64,000 nt of DNA from Vicugna vicugna (Eukaryota): assembly GCA_013265495.1 (NCBI GenBank), contig MU062317.1, positions 1,610,229 through 1,674,228 of the forward strand, written 5' to 3'. The notes beneath the pieces are model-generated. The model saw only the letters and a program-made list of their open reading frames with translations. It was not told the origin of the DNA and made no database searches. The translations under genes and the position numbers were made by a program. The first letter of the stretch is position 1; each line of letters begins with the position of its first letter. Of this stretch, positions 14,293-26,150 are shown piece after piece.

Positions 14293-17089
14293 GTCATGGG
14301 AGCCAGAGCATGGCTCAGCCCCGTGTCTAGTCTCACACCCAGGGTGGGAGCAGCGTGGCCCCAGGCCACTGGCTCTGGAACCCCATGCCCTGGGGGAACC
14401 CCTGCCCGCCCCACTCAGCCAGCACAGGCCTCAGAGGAATGAGCAGGAATGAGGGAGGGGCGCACAGGCCTCGGCCCGCCCGGGGCTCCGAGCCCAGGGG
14501 CTCACTTCCTGGCCTGGCTCTGCGGACACATCCTCAGCCTGGAGGGCGCTCGTGGAGGAGCAGAGAGAGCCCGTGTGGGCGTCCTGCCCTGCGGACGCGC
14601 CCCTGCCCGCAGGACCCAGCTCCCCGAAGCGTCCTGTTCCGGCCGCAGCCACCCAGGCTCCAGCCACACCCCGCCGATCACAGGGTGGCCGCCTCCTGCC
14701 TGTGCCCTGCAGCCCTGGGCCGGCCAGGACCCAAGGCCTGGGCCCAGGTCCTGTGCATGAAGCAGGAGGCACGGGAGTGCTGAGCTGCCGCAGAGGGGGA
14801 GCTGGGCCCCGGCCGGGGCCTTGGCGTTGGCAGCATCTTTCAGGGACCCTCTGTGGTCCCTTTGTCCAGCAATCATTGCTGAGTGCCACCAGCTGGGCAC
14901 AGGGGGCACGACGAGGGCGGAAAGGTAGTCTTCCAACAGCACCCTCCAGAGATGGCCCTCCAGGGGCCCAAACTGCCTGCTGCCAGTAACGACCAAAGGG
15001 CCCAGTGGTCAAAACAATCTCCCTGGGTGCCAAGGCTTGTGTGACACACTCAGAGGGTCATGGTGTCACCATCCTGTATCATAGCAGGGCCACCAAGCTT
15101 GGGTGGCCCAGGACCTGCCCAGGGCACCGTGTAGCAAGGGGGTGGGAGCCCAGGTGAGGCCCAGGCACCCATGGCAGGGTGTGGACAGGGGCCAGGGGTG
15201 CCCTAAGTGGCAGACCCACAACAAGGAGCCCCTCTGTGCAGGCCCTGCCTTCCAGACACACTCACTTGACCTCCCAGCAGTCAGGGGAAGCCTGAGATCC
15301 AGTGAGGGTCCCCCTCCTGGCCCCTCACCTCTGCCATGTCTGTCCCTTGCCCCCATATTTGCCCTCCTCCCTTCTCTTGGGCCCACAGCCCCCCAGCTCT
15401 CTCCATCTGTCCCAGCCACACTTGCTGGGACAAGGTCTGCCCCACCCTGGGCTCCCAGCCCTGTCCTGGCCCCTCTGTGCCCCAACCTCAGGTCCTGGGG
15501 TCACCTCCTTTTGAGTGTCCTGTGTCCCTTCCCTGTCAGGGACCCGAGGCAGCAAGTGGCGAGCAGACTCTCACTAACTCTTGGCGAAGTGGATGATGGC
15601 AGTCAGAGGTGAGGCACATCTCCAGGCCCAGCCACTGGTGGGGTCAGCCGCCCCCAGCCAGGTGCTCCGCGAGTCGGCTCTTCCTGGCTGAGGGCGCTGG
15701 GCACTCCCTGAGCCCTTTACTCTCTCTGGGCCTGAGTGTGGCCGGGCTGGCTCCGGAGCTTGGGCCTGTTGCACATGAGGTGGGGGGATGCTCCACACCC
15801 AGAGAGGAGGGGGCACGCCAGGGCGGGGGACCAGGACCCCGGCAGGAGAAAGAAAGGGGAGGCCACCCTCAGAGCAGCATCCGCTGGGGCTGAGCATCCT
15901 GTCGTGGGGGGAGGAGCAAGAGGACAGAGGGCAGCTGGTGTCCAACCCTCTAAGTCTCTCCAAGCTGGTCCCTGAGGGTCTCGGGTGCCTTAAGAGGGCC
16001 CTTGCTCTGACCACGCGCCTGCCAGCGCCTGGCAGTGGGGGAAGCAGCGTGAATCCCGGTCTGTAGCCTGCTGGGCCACACCAAGCGCTCAGGCCCCTCC
16101 AGCCCCAGGCCGGTACCCGCGGCCCTGTAGCCCAGGGCCGGCCGACAGCCCCCTCCTTGCACAGGCCCTGGGCCCCTCTCTCCTCGTAAATCGGTTCCCC
16201 GAGCCGGCCCCCTCCCGCCCTCCTGCCGTCATTGCTGGCAGGCTCTGCGGTGAGCTCACTCCTTACATAAGGCGTCTGAGCTATTTCTTGGGGGCAATGA
16301 GCTCCCCCCACAGGGGCTCCGTTTCCCCTTCTTCTCCAGCCATCAGCCACCACAAGCCCAGGGCATGAGAGGCAAGGCCCTTGTTCTCCCCGGGCCCCAC
16401 CCACCCTGTGTGGAGAGAGGGGCTTCCCCTTACCCTGCAGAACAAAGGTGGAAGAGAAGAGACAGCAGCTCATTCCAGATTCCCTGGGGCGCTGAGGGCA
16501 GAGACCCAGCCCCACTCCCAGCCTCAGGCAGGAAGGGAGGAAGGAAGGGATTTCCCTGGGGTACTGTGAGTTGCTGTAGCTGTCGCTGTCCCCTGTCGCT
16601 GTCCCCTGTCACTTTCCCCAGTGGGATGGGGATGGGCTTGCCTCTCACTCGGGCCTGGGAGTCGCCCCCATGGGCACCCCCACCTGGTGCCCTTGGCCCC
16701 GAGTCCAACCACGTTTCAGCGGGGACCTGTGTTCTGGGAAGGAGTGGCGACCAGATTTCACTTTGGTTCGGATAGGTGTTCCTCGGTGAGGTGCCGCAGG
16801 AGCCCCCAGCAGGACGGCGCTGTTTCCCAGAGGTGGGCACTGGCCCAGGGAGCCCCCTGAGGCTGCAGAGGGTCCATCCTCACAGTCAGGGGAGAAGGGC
16901 CCCCGGCCTCCTAGCGCTGCCCCCTTTCTGTGGCCTGGAATAGAAGGCAGCCCGTGAGGACACAGCGGGCCCCCAGAGGACTCAGCTGAGGAGGCGTCCA
17001 GACAGCATGTGCTGGGCACTTCAGGGGCTCAGCCCAGTCTGGCCTGGGGAGGACCAAGACAGGTGCCTTCCTGGCCTGGAAGACAACTC

Positions 17090-17960
17090 CCAGGGTGGAG
17101 GGGTAGCCGCCAGGCCCGCCGCGAGCTTCTCCCCCGAGATGCCCCTTCCCCATTCCTCTGGGCCCGGGCTGCGAAGCCGTCCGCCGTCGAAGCTGCTCTT
17201 GGCCTGGGCTCCGGGCTTGCACTTCCTCAGCTGCAGAAGAAAAAGGGGAGGAAAAGTGGCCCGGAGCAGCGGCTGCTCCCGCCCCGCCCAAAGGACGGAC
17301 TCCCAGACGCTCCTGCCGGGAGCCTGTCGCTCGCCACGCCCTGCTTGGGGACAAAGCTCCCAGCAGCAGGGACGCTGGGGACCAGGGGCCAGCGGGTGGC
17401 GGCAGAGCCGGAAACTCCTCGGCCCCTCCTGCTGGACTCCCAGCCCCGGGCCTCTGTCCGCCTAGAGAAACGATGTTTTCCTTTCNNNNNNNNNNNNNNN
17501 NNNNNNNNNNNNNNNNNNNNNNNNNNNNNNNNNNNNNNNNNNNNNNNNNNNNNNNNNNNNNNNNNNNNNNNNNNNNNNNNNNNNNNNNNNNNNNNNNNNN
17601 NNNNNNNNNNNNNNNNNCCTGCCGCCCAGGCCTCCAGCCGCCGCTACGCTGCCGGGCCAGGGGCTATGCGGCGGCCCTGGGTGCCTTCCCAGGCTCCGCA
17701 GGCCCCAGTCAAGCCCCGGGGCCTGTAGGCCATGGCCCGCCGTCCCTGCCCCCCACTGCCGTCAGTCAAGGCCTTCAGCGGGCAGCGTCTGGCCTTCCTC
17801 GGGCCCCTCCGGGTGACTGTGCTGCGGCCCCAAGGCAGAGGCCCCAGGCCCAGGAGCAGTCCGGTCCCTCCTGCTCCGGGATTCCTGCCAGGCTGGCCGT
17901 CCTGTGGGAGCTGCCGGGCCCCAGTGGCCGGGGAGGCAGGGCAGGCTGGCGCCGGGCCTT
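17090..17960. promoter_or_regulatory. Intergenic CpG-rich island between SKI and FAAP20 (contains N gap 17486-17617)
   Basis: Local CpG enrichment (ccgccgcgag, ccgtccgccgtcg, gccgccgctacgctgccggg) and coverage dropout like that in the other CpG islands. Confidence 0.55.
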
Positions 17961-19619
17961 GGTGGCTGCTGGGCCAGCAGTCTGTCTGGCCTAGGAAGCC
18001 CCTGTGGTCCCTGCATCAGAAACTGTTACGCGCCTGCGGCCCCTGGGCTTCCAGTCCCCTCTGGGAGGCTGTCACACTCCCTGGCCAGGGGCTGCTGCCC
18101 TCCTGTGTGGTCCCCAGGCCTCAGGCTCCACACCTTGGTCCTGGCCAGGCAGCTGTACTGGAGGGGCCACAGCCCCTCCACCTGGGCCTAGGTCTCCTGC
18201 CGCTGGTCACCAGGCGTGTCTCTGTCTGGGCTTCACTTTACGCAGCACTCCCTGCGACGTCCGGCCTGAGGTCTGCCCTCAGCCCAGACCAATGACGTAG
18301 ACACTCAGAGCTCGATGTCCACCTCTGACCAGGACAGGGTGGGAGAAGGGCCCCACTTCTGGGTACTTGCTTTGTTGTAGACGCAGACACTTGCTGAAAC
18401 GAAGTCTGGCAAAGCCTCCTAGGACAGGAGGGTGCAGTTTGCAGAGTCCTGTGTGCCCTGCATCCCCATCATGGTCAGAAGTTTTTCCTTGCGCAGAGGA
18501 CCCAGCCCACCCAGCTCCTGGCCCTGCCTGCACTGGCTGCCTGGCCTGGTGGGATGCTGGGGTCCCATCCCTTAAGCAGGCCCCGCCCTCTCCATCACCT
18601 CACGGAGCCCACAACAAAGCAAACTCCAGCCCCGCCCTCACAGCCTCAGCCAGAAAGCAGACGTTGGGTTCGGGGTCTAGGGGGAGGGGAGCAGGCAGGG
18701 CCGTGGGGGCACTGTGGGGGCCAGGCCAAGGGTCAGGGCCACCCTCCGTCCCGCCAGCAACATGAAGGGCAAGAAAATGTGCAGCAGATACCTCACTGGC
18801 TGACTTCACTGCCCCCAGAAATGACACTGAAGGAAGGTGGTTTCAAGGCCCACGCTCCTGCCCTCCTGCTGGATTTCAGGTATGAAGTCCCAACTCGCCT
18901 GTCTGACGCAGGCAGGTACGCTCACAGGTCTGGGCAGGAGGCACGCAGGTGGGCGGCCTTATCTCCAGAGCCCCACACAGACATGTTCACGAAAAAGGTG
19001 TGCAGAGAACCTGGCTGGGAGGGGGGTGCCGGTGGGCCTTTCAACTGGCCCCGCCCCCAGGAGGCTTCCTGTCCTTGGCTGCGGCCTCGAGCTCAGGCCG
19101 GGAGGAGGCCTCACGAGAGAGCCCACGGCAGGTCTGGCCGACCAAACGAAGCCAGGGTGTGGGTGCTGGGGGCCGGCCCTGCTTCCTGAAGCCCAGTGGC
19201 TCTAGCAGCAGGGTGTCCACAGGGTCCCTAACCCAAGAAGCTCTGCCCGGACAAAGGCGCGGGGTCTAGGGGCCGTGGGACAGCGAGGGCAGGAGGCGGG
19301 CTTCTAGTCTGGGGGTGAACGGGCTGTGGCCCTGGAACCGGTCAGGGGGCAGCTGTGCTAGGCTCTCTGTGCCTCTGTCCTCTGCCCTCCTCCTTGGTGT
19401 TTCCATGTAACAGCTCAGGCTTCTGGGACGGCCCCGGCCCCGCCTCTTCCTCTGGACCCTTGGGGCCCCAGAGGTGGCCCTGGTCTGAGCTCTGGTCAGC
19501 CAGACGTGTCCTGCCTGGGCTGGGATCCAGGTAGGGGCTAGGGGGCTCTGGCAGTGAGGGGCAGTGAGTGCGTCTGGGGGGGGACCCCGGCCAGGCATGA
19601 ATGTGGAGTTGACTTCTCC

Positions 19620-19800
19620 CATCAAGACTATTGAAGGCCTACCTGAGACAAGTGTACAGACCAGCAGGAAAGACTTCCTGTTCTCAAGTGCTTACAGATC
19701 CATGGGAGACAACAAAAAATTAAATTTCCACATGTTCTATGTTAGATGGGAGTACGTAGTCTTAGGAAGGATCGACCAAAGTGAGGTGGGTCGGGCACCA
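19620..19800. mobile_element. Possible L2 fragment
   Basis: ttcctgttctcaagtgcttacagatccatgggagacaacaaaaaa resembles the L2 3' consensus (cctgccctcatggagcttacattctagtggggagacagacaa). The match is weak. Confidence 0.3.
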
Positions 19801-22120
19801 AGTAGAGGTGGGCACTACTTGAGTAAGAGGTGAGCCTTCTGGGCCTGGCACAGTAGGTGCAAAGTCCCTGAGGCCAGGGTGCATTCAGGTCCCTGCAGGG
19901 TCCATGCAGAGGGGGGTGACAGGTGATGAAAAGAGGGAGGCCTGTTGTCTGCTCCCAGCTTTGCTGCCCCCGGGGGTGGGGGCTTGGGGGTGCTGCTCTG
20001 AGCCAAGGAGGCCCCAGAGCCACAGCCCCTCACTGAGGGGCTGGGGTGGGGCGGGTGCTGGGTGAGCGGGTGGGCGCTTCCCCGGAGGAGGAAGGGAAGT
20101 TCAGTTAATAGCAGCCCTGTGCCTCCACTTCGCTGCTGGGAAAACTGAGGGTGAGATAAGAGAAATCGATTTGAAACAGATAGGCTATTTTTCTGAACAT
20201 TTTGTTCCCCATCCTGCTCCCAGCCTGGCACAGGGCAGAAGCCACCAGCCGAGGGGAGGGTCCTTGCCCAGCCGGGCCCAAGCCCCTCTTCTGCCCCAGA
20301 CGCTCCCCACCCCACTCCACCCAGGGACCCACTGCCCACCGTTCTGGCCGCAGCATGAAGGTTGAGTACACAGGCAACTTCAAAGGGTGGGGCAGAGGCC
20401 TGCGGGCTCCCTTCCTGCACCCCCACCCCACCCCCAGCGCCCACAGACGCCACAGGGAGGGTCCCCGTGGCCGTGGGCCTGGCATTGGCCTCTGCCCAGC
20501 ACCTTCCCCAGACCGGTCCACCTCCAGGCCAGCGGGCCCTCATCTCCGTGAGTAATATTTAACTTGGATGGGCTGGCGGACAACTGCAGGGGAGAAGTTA
20601 ACAACAAGTTTGGATTGCAATCTGCTTGCCAGAAAGGAGGGGGGGAGGGCAAAGTTGAGAAGGAGAAAGGAAGGCGGGAGGGGGTCCTGAAAGGCCAGCA
20701 TCCCAGGAGGCTGGAAGGACTGCCCTGCACGCTGGGCATGTGGCTGAGCCCCTCCAGCCTCAGTATCCCCTGCAGGACACACCCGGGTTGGGAGGAGCCT
20801 TGGGATTCAGCTCTGGGTCTGAGAACACCAGACATGCACACACACACATACACACACACAGAGAACACGTGGTTGTGAACAGAAAGGCCCGCCTGCAGCT
20901 CTGAGGCTTCAACACAAGGATGGAAAACCCTCAGGGCGGGAGCAGGGCTGAGGTCTTGCCAGGGGGCACGGAGGGCAGAACTGCAGCCAGGCCAGGCCCC
21001 CCTCCCAGAGGTCTGTGCCCGCAGGATTGACCACCCAGTGCTCAGCTGAGCAGGGCCCCGGCCAGCGCACCTTCCCCCTCTGTGGGAAGGACGGCCTTGC
21101 TGGGCGGCTGCTCTGGGGGGCTCAGGACACTGGGCTCTTCTGCTGTCGCCCAGCCTCTCCCAGCTCCAGGTGTCAACACCTGAGATGGTTGAGGGGACCC
21201 TGCGAGGGCCCCACTCCAGAGGACCACGGAGAGAGATCCTCAGCTCCACCCTGAGTTGGGGACGGGTCACTGGGTCCCCATGCTTCGTGGGGCCCTCTTG
21301 CATCTACAAGGACCCATCTCCGCCAGCAGCCTCCAGCCTGGGGCCCCGCGCCATCGTGCCAGGCAAAAGGTTGCACCTCTCTTCTGGAATGTAGCAAATC
21401 TAAGATGTCAAACAGTTGATTTTCCACAAGCGTGCATTTTCCCAGGGAAAAACACACCTCTCCAACCTTGTAGTTTGTCCTGATTTGCTCTTGGGAAGAA
21501 ACATCTACCCATAGTGGGGGCCCTGTCTCACCTGCCCTTAAGGAAGGGCACCAAAGCTGCCCGGGTGGGCACCCTGGCACCTGGCGGAGGGCGGCCTTGC
21601 CCAGGGGCCGGGCCCCTAACCGAGTCACACCATCTGGTGGAAGATGCTCAGAGCCCGCCCTTGCCACTCTGGTACCCTTGCTCCGCTCTGCAACTGTCCT
21701 TTCCCTGGGTGAGACTTTCGCTTTGAATATCCTCTTGAGAACCCGACTCCCAGCCTGGACTGCCACGTCTCTGCCAGAGCTTCTGGACTCGTGGCCCCTC
21801 TTGCGGGCCCGGCAGACAGCCCGGGCAGAGTAAAGATAGTCCCTCCAGAATGTGTGTTTAATTGCCACATGCGGGGCTGTGGGGGGACCCGGGGCTCCAG
21901 GATGGGGGTCTCCTGTGGCTGATTCCTTCTTGGTACTTTGCTTCTCTGGAGGCAAGTCAGCTGCAACTGACGTTTCACAGCCAGGCCGGAGAGTGGGGTC
22001 TGGGAGAAAATCTGCAGGGGCTGCCGGCGGGCGAGCGCTCTGCTCCGCCCCCACCCCAGACGGCACCTGTGGTGAAAGTTATGGGAGCCACGGCCGCAGA
22101 GCGCCCGGGAGCCACGCAGA

Positions 22121-22451
22121 GGCTGTGGCCCGAACGCTCACGGCCCCCAGATCCATCTGCTGAGCTCTAGCCCCCACTGGGGAGCGGGGCCTTTGGGAGG
22201 TGACTGGGGCCTGAGGATGCGCCTTTACAGGTGGGATCCAGGCCCTCACGAAGGGACGCTCAGAGCTCTTGCCGCACCTCCCACCGCGTGAGAACACAGA
22301 ACCTGCCGGGGCCCGAACCCGGACCCGAACCCAGCCGCGCCGGCACCCTGATCGCAGATGTCCCGCCTCCAGAACCAGGAGGAATAAACTTCCACTGTCT
22401 GTTCGCCACCACCTGTGAGATTTTGTTATCACATCCCCAGCGGACTACGGC
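22121..22451 (+). mobile_element. MLT1A-like MaLR solo LTR
   Basis: ggggcctttgggaggtgact..., gcaccctgatcgcagatgtcccgcctccagaaccaggaggaataaacttcc...ttttgttatc...cggactacggc follow the MLT1A consensus order, including its AATAAA. Confidence 0.75.
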
Positions 22452-25400
22452 CACGGTGGTCTCGGCCCTTCCCGCCAGCATGCTCCCATGGCTGGGCAAA
22501 CAAGAAACGGGGAACTGAGGCTAGGAACTCGTCTGCCCGGCAGGAGGGTGTCCCCAGGGTGGACGGCAGCTGGCCTCCAGGGGATTCCTGCTGCCTCTGC
22601 GGTGGCCCCCTCATACTGATGTGGAATTTGGGGACCGTCACGAGAGCCCCCTTGAAGCCCGCAGCCTTGATGCAGCAGAAGGAGTCTGGAATGAGACCAT
22701 GGGGGCCAGTGGGGCCCTGCTTCCAGGCCCTTCCCCAGCCCCTGGCCACTCACAGCCAGGCTGGCCCCCAGCTCCGCATCACGGCTGACCAGAGCTGGCT
22801 TCTGCGTGCAGAGGCCCAGCGTGGAGAGGAACGTGTGGAAACGTGCCGACATTTGTACACAATTCCACGCTGAGATGTAATATTTCAGAGATGTTGGGCT
22901 AAGCTGGAACATGTTATTGCAATGACCTCGTCACAGGCGGCTCCTGCACATTCTGAATGACCCGAGAGGAGGGGCAGGCAGCTGGACAGAGGTGGGGCGG
23001 GTGAGGGCAGGTCGGAGGACGGCGACGAGTCGGGGCCACCTGACCGCAGACCAATGGCAGCACCAGAGGTGAGAGCAGGGGAGGCTGGCAGGGGCCGTGT
23101 TCACGGGACCCCGTGCTGCAGGCCCGCGGCTCCTGGAAGCCTGGGGCAGCTGTCACGCTGTGTGGTCAGCAGGCCCCTGGGGCTGAGGCCCTCAGAGAAG
23201 GCCACCGGGGCTGTGACAGGCGTCCAGCGTCCCTCTTTGTCCCCACAGGGTCCCAGTGGCCGCAGGGCCTGGCCTGAAGTGCTGGGCAGCCCCAAGCTCT
23301 CAGCAGTGTTCTGCCCCCCCAGCCGGACGTGCTTGCCCCCGGGGAGAAGAGAAGCTGCTCCCTGCGGGCGCTGGCCTTCCCAGCAGGGACGGCTCCCTCA
23401 CAGGAGGCGCTGGCCCGGGAGCTTCAGGGCCGTCTTAACAGGCACAACTCTCTTCAGCGTCTTCCACAGTCATAGGTTGCAGCTGGAGCGAGGGGACACC
23501 AGGGGGTCACCGCCACAGTGACCAGCCGCCAGTCAGCAGCCTGTGGACAGCTGGTGTGGCTGGGTGTGGGCGCAGAGTCTGGGGGCCCCTCCACAGCTCA
23601 GGAGCAGCCTGTGGGGGCACAAGGGCACCCAGGCTGAGAGCTGTTGGCCTCACCGTCTGCCCAGGCCTGGCCTGAGTCTCCCAGGCCAGGTGTGCTGTCC
23701 ATCCTTCCCTGCAGGCCAAGCCCAGCACCCCTCACCCCCGGACCCCACTCCCCCTCCCAGGACACTCAGTGCCACTCGGTCAGCAAGGCCACCAGCCCGG
23801 GCAGCAGCACAGGAGACCTGGGTTCGAGTCTGTCATGTGGCTGATAACAAGGGGCTGGCAGGCCCATCTCTAGGTGGGGTGGAGCCAGGGCACCTCCGCG
23901 GCAGGGCTGGGTGCGGGACCAGCTGGTAGACAGCCTCTCTCCAGCTGTAGTGTGGGGGGCTCATGGGGCAGGGGTGCCACTGTCCTGCAAGTTGGGCAGC
24001 AGCAGCTCATGGATGTGTCCACTCCCCATAGCGGGCTGTCCTTCCAAGAACATCCCCCGTATGAGTCACGCATCCCTGACTCCCAGTCCCCTTCCCTCCA
24101 CGCCCTGCTCCCCACCTCCCTCGCCCCCACGGGCTTTTCTAACTCCTGCACCCTCCTCTTCCTCAGCCCGCTCCTTCCAAGTAGCCAGAAGGGCCTGAAG
24201 TCGCCTCAGAGACTCTGGGAGGCCAGCTCTCCCCCTGGGCTGCTGCCCAGCCAGGGCCCTCCTGCCTCCTGCCAGCATCCCAGCCCGAGGGAGTAGAGGC
24301 ACAGCGGCGGGGGGGGGGGCGCCAAAAGGCAGCAGGAGGGGCGAGCAGGCTGGTCTCAGTGGCCCAAGGGGGCTTGGCCTTGGGCCACTGCCTGCTTGGA
24401 CACCTACCCGCCGTCAGTCCTGATTCCAGCTGCACCCTGGCCCCGCCTTGGGCTGCAGGCAGCAGTAGGGCCAGTTCAGAGAAGTGACTCCACAGGGCCT
24501 CGGGCTGCTGCCCCCGCTGGCCTGACAGCCCCTGGCAGGCCTCCGCGGGCCACGCAGGGCCCTGGGCTGCCCTCTGGCCTGGGGGGCTGTGTGGTCAGCA
24601 GCGCAGGAGCAGCTCGTCCAGGGTAGCCGTAGTGGGTGGGTGGGGGGTCCCTGCTGCGCCTGCCTCCTGGATGGTGAGGTCACGGAGTCGGGTCAGAGAG
24701 CTGGCCAAGGCCCCTCCTGCCCCCCTGGGCCAGGCAACAGACAGTTATGCCCTGACCAGCTGCTGCCAAAACCTGGCAACTGGAAAGCAGAGACACAGGC
24801 CCTCTGCCGAGGGCTGGCATCCCTCACCAGGCCTCTGGCTGATGACCTCGTGACCTCTGGCTGCTCTGAGACCTCTGGTCAGTCAAGGCCCAGGTCCCCG
24901 TAAGACTTAGAGGCAGGTAGAATAACTCCAGGTGCGTGGTCCCTGGGGTGGGGGTGGGAGAGAGGAGGCAGCTTTCTACCTGTGCCCACCACCCCTGCCC
25001 CAACAGACCCCCACCAGTTATTGCCAGGGAGGTCGAATAACCACCTGCTGACCCCTGACCTAGCCTCTCCGTCCACATTGGGAAGGGCTAAAGCTTTTGT
25101 GCCCTTGTTAAGACAGGTGGGGGCTGAAGGGGGAGGGAAAGGAAGGAGGAGAAGGGGGAGGGAGGAGAGAAGGAGGAGGGGGGAGGGGGCAGAGAGAGGG
25201 CACAGCTGAGGCCTGCAGCTCCGATGGGGATGCCCGCCCCCTGAGCCACGCCAGGCACACTTGGGCCAGCCTGAAGACGGCCCCTGCCCAGGGAGGCCCC
25301 CAGGGAGGGGGATCGGAGCTTTCCACATCAGAGCCCTTGACACAAGGTCAGAAATGGCTCACACAGAACTGGGGGTGACACAGCTGGGGCTCAGAAGGCC

Positions 25401-25750
25401 AGGGACCTGCCAGCATCTCAGGAAGTTGGGGCTCCAGCCTGCGGATCTGCCATAAGGAGGTGAGAAGCCACGGGAGTGGGAAGCCGGGCCGACGCTAGCG
25501 GCCACCTTCTCCACCAGAAGAGGTTCTCCGGGAGGGGACCCCGGCCCAGTGTCGCCCACCCTGGGTTCTTCCCAGGACGTATGTGGGCTCGGAGTAGAGC
25601 TGGCTCTCCTTGAGGCCATGGCTCTGAGGGATGGTGACAGGGCCCAGGCCAGGAGAGTAGCCTCAGGATGCCTGGCTGCCCCCGACCAAACGGTGCCCGG
25701 GGGCTTCAAGCTGCACGCGGTGGGGATGGCGAGGAGACGCCCGAGTCCCA

Positions 25751-26150
25751 TGTCAATGTCCTGTGGCCACGGCACAGATGACCAAGCTGGGGCTTCAAGC
25801 GACAGGGTCCACCCCTCACAGTTTGGGGGCCAGAAGTCCACACTCAAGGTGCGGAAGGGCTGCACTCCTTCCAGCAGGGCGCATCCTTCCTGCTTCTTCC
25901 GGCTTCCGGTGGCTCCAGGTGTCTCCAGGCTCATGGCCTCCAGCCTCTGCCTTCACAGTCAGGGAGCTTCTCTCTGTGTCCAAACATCCCTCCTCCTTCA
26001 AGGACTCCAGTCACATGGGATTTAGGGCCCACCTAACCCAGTGTGGTGGCCTCGTCTTAACTTGATTCCAGCTGCAAAGACCCTACTTCCAAATATGGTC
26101 ATGTTCCCCGGTTCCAGTGGACATAGATTCAGGGAACCACCCACTACCCC
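25751..26150 (-). mobile_element. MLT1-type MaLR solo LTR
   Basis: ctcacagtttgggggccagaagtccacactcaaggtg..., cttccggcttccggtggc..., cttaacttgattccagctgcaaagaccctacttccaaatatggtc match the reverse-complement MLT1 pattern. Confidence 0.75.
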
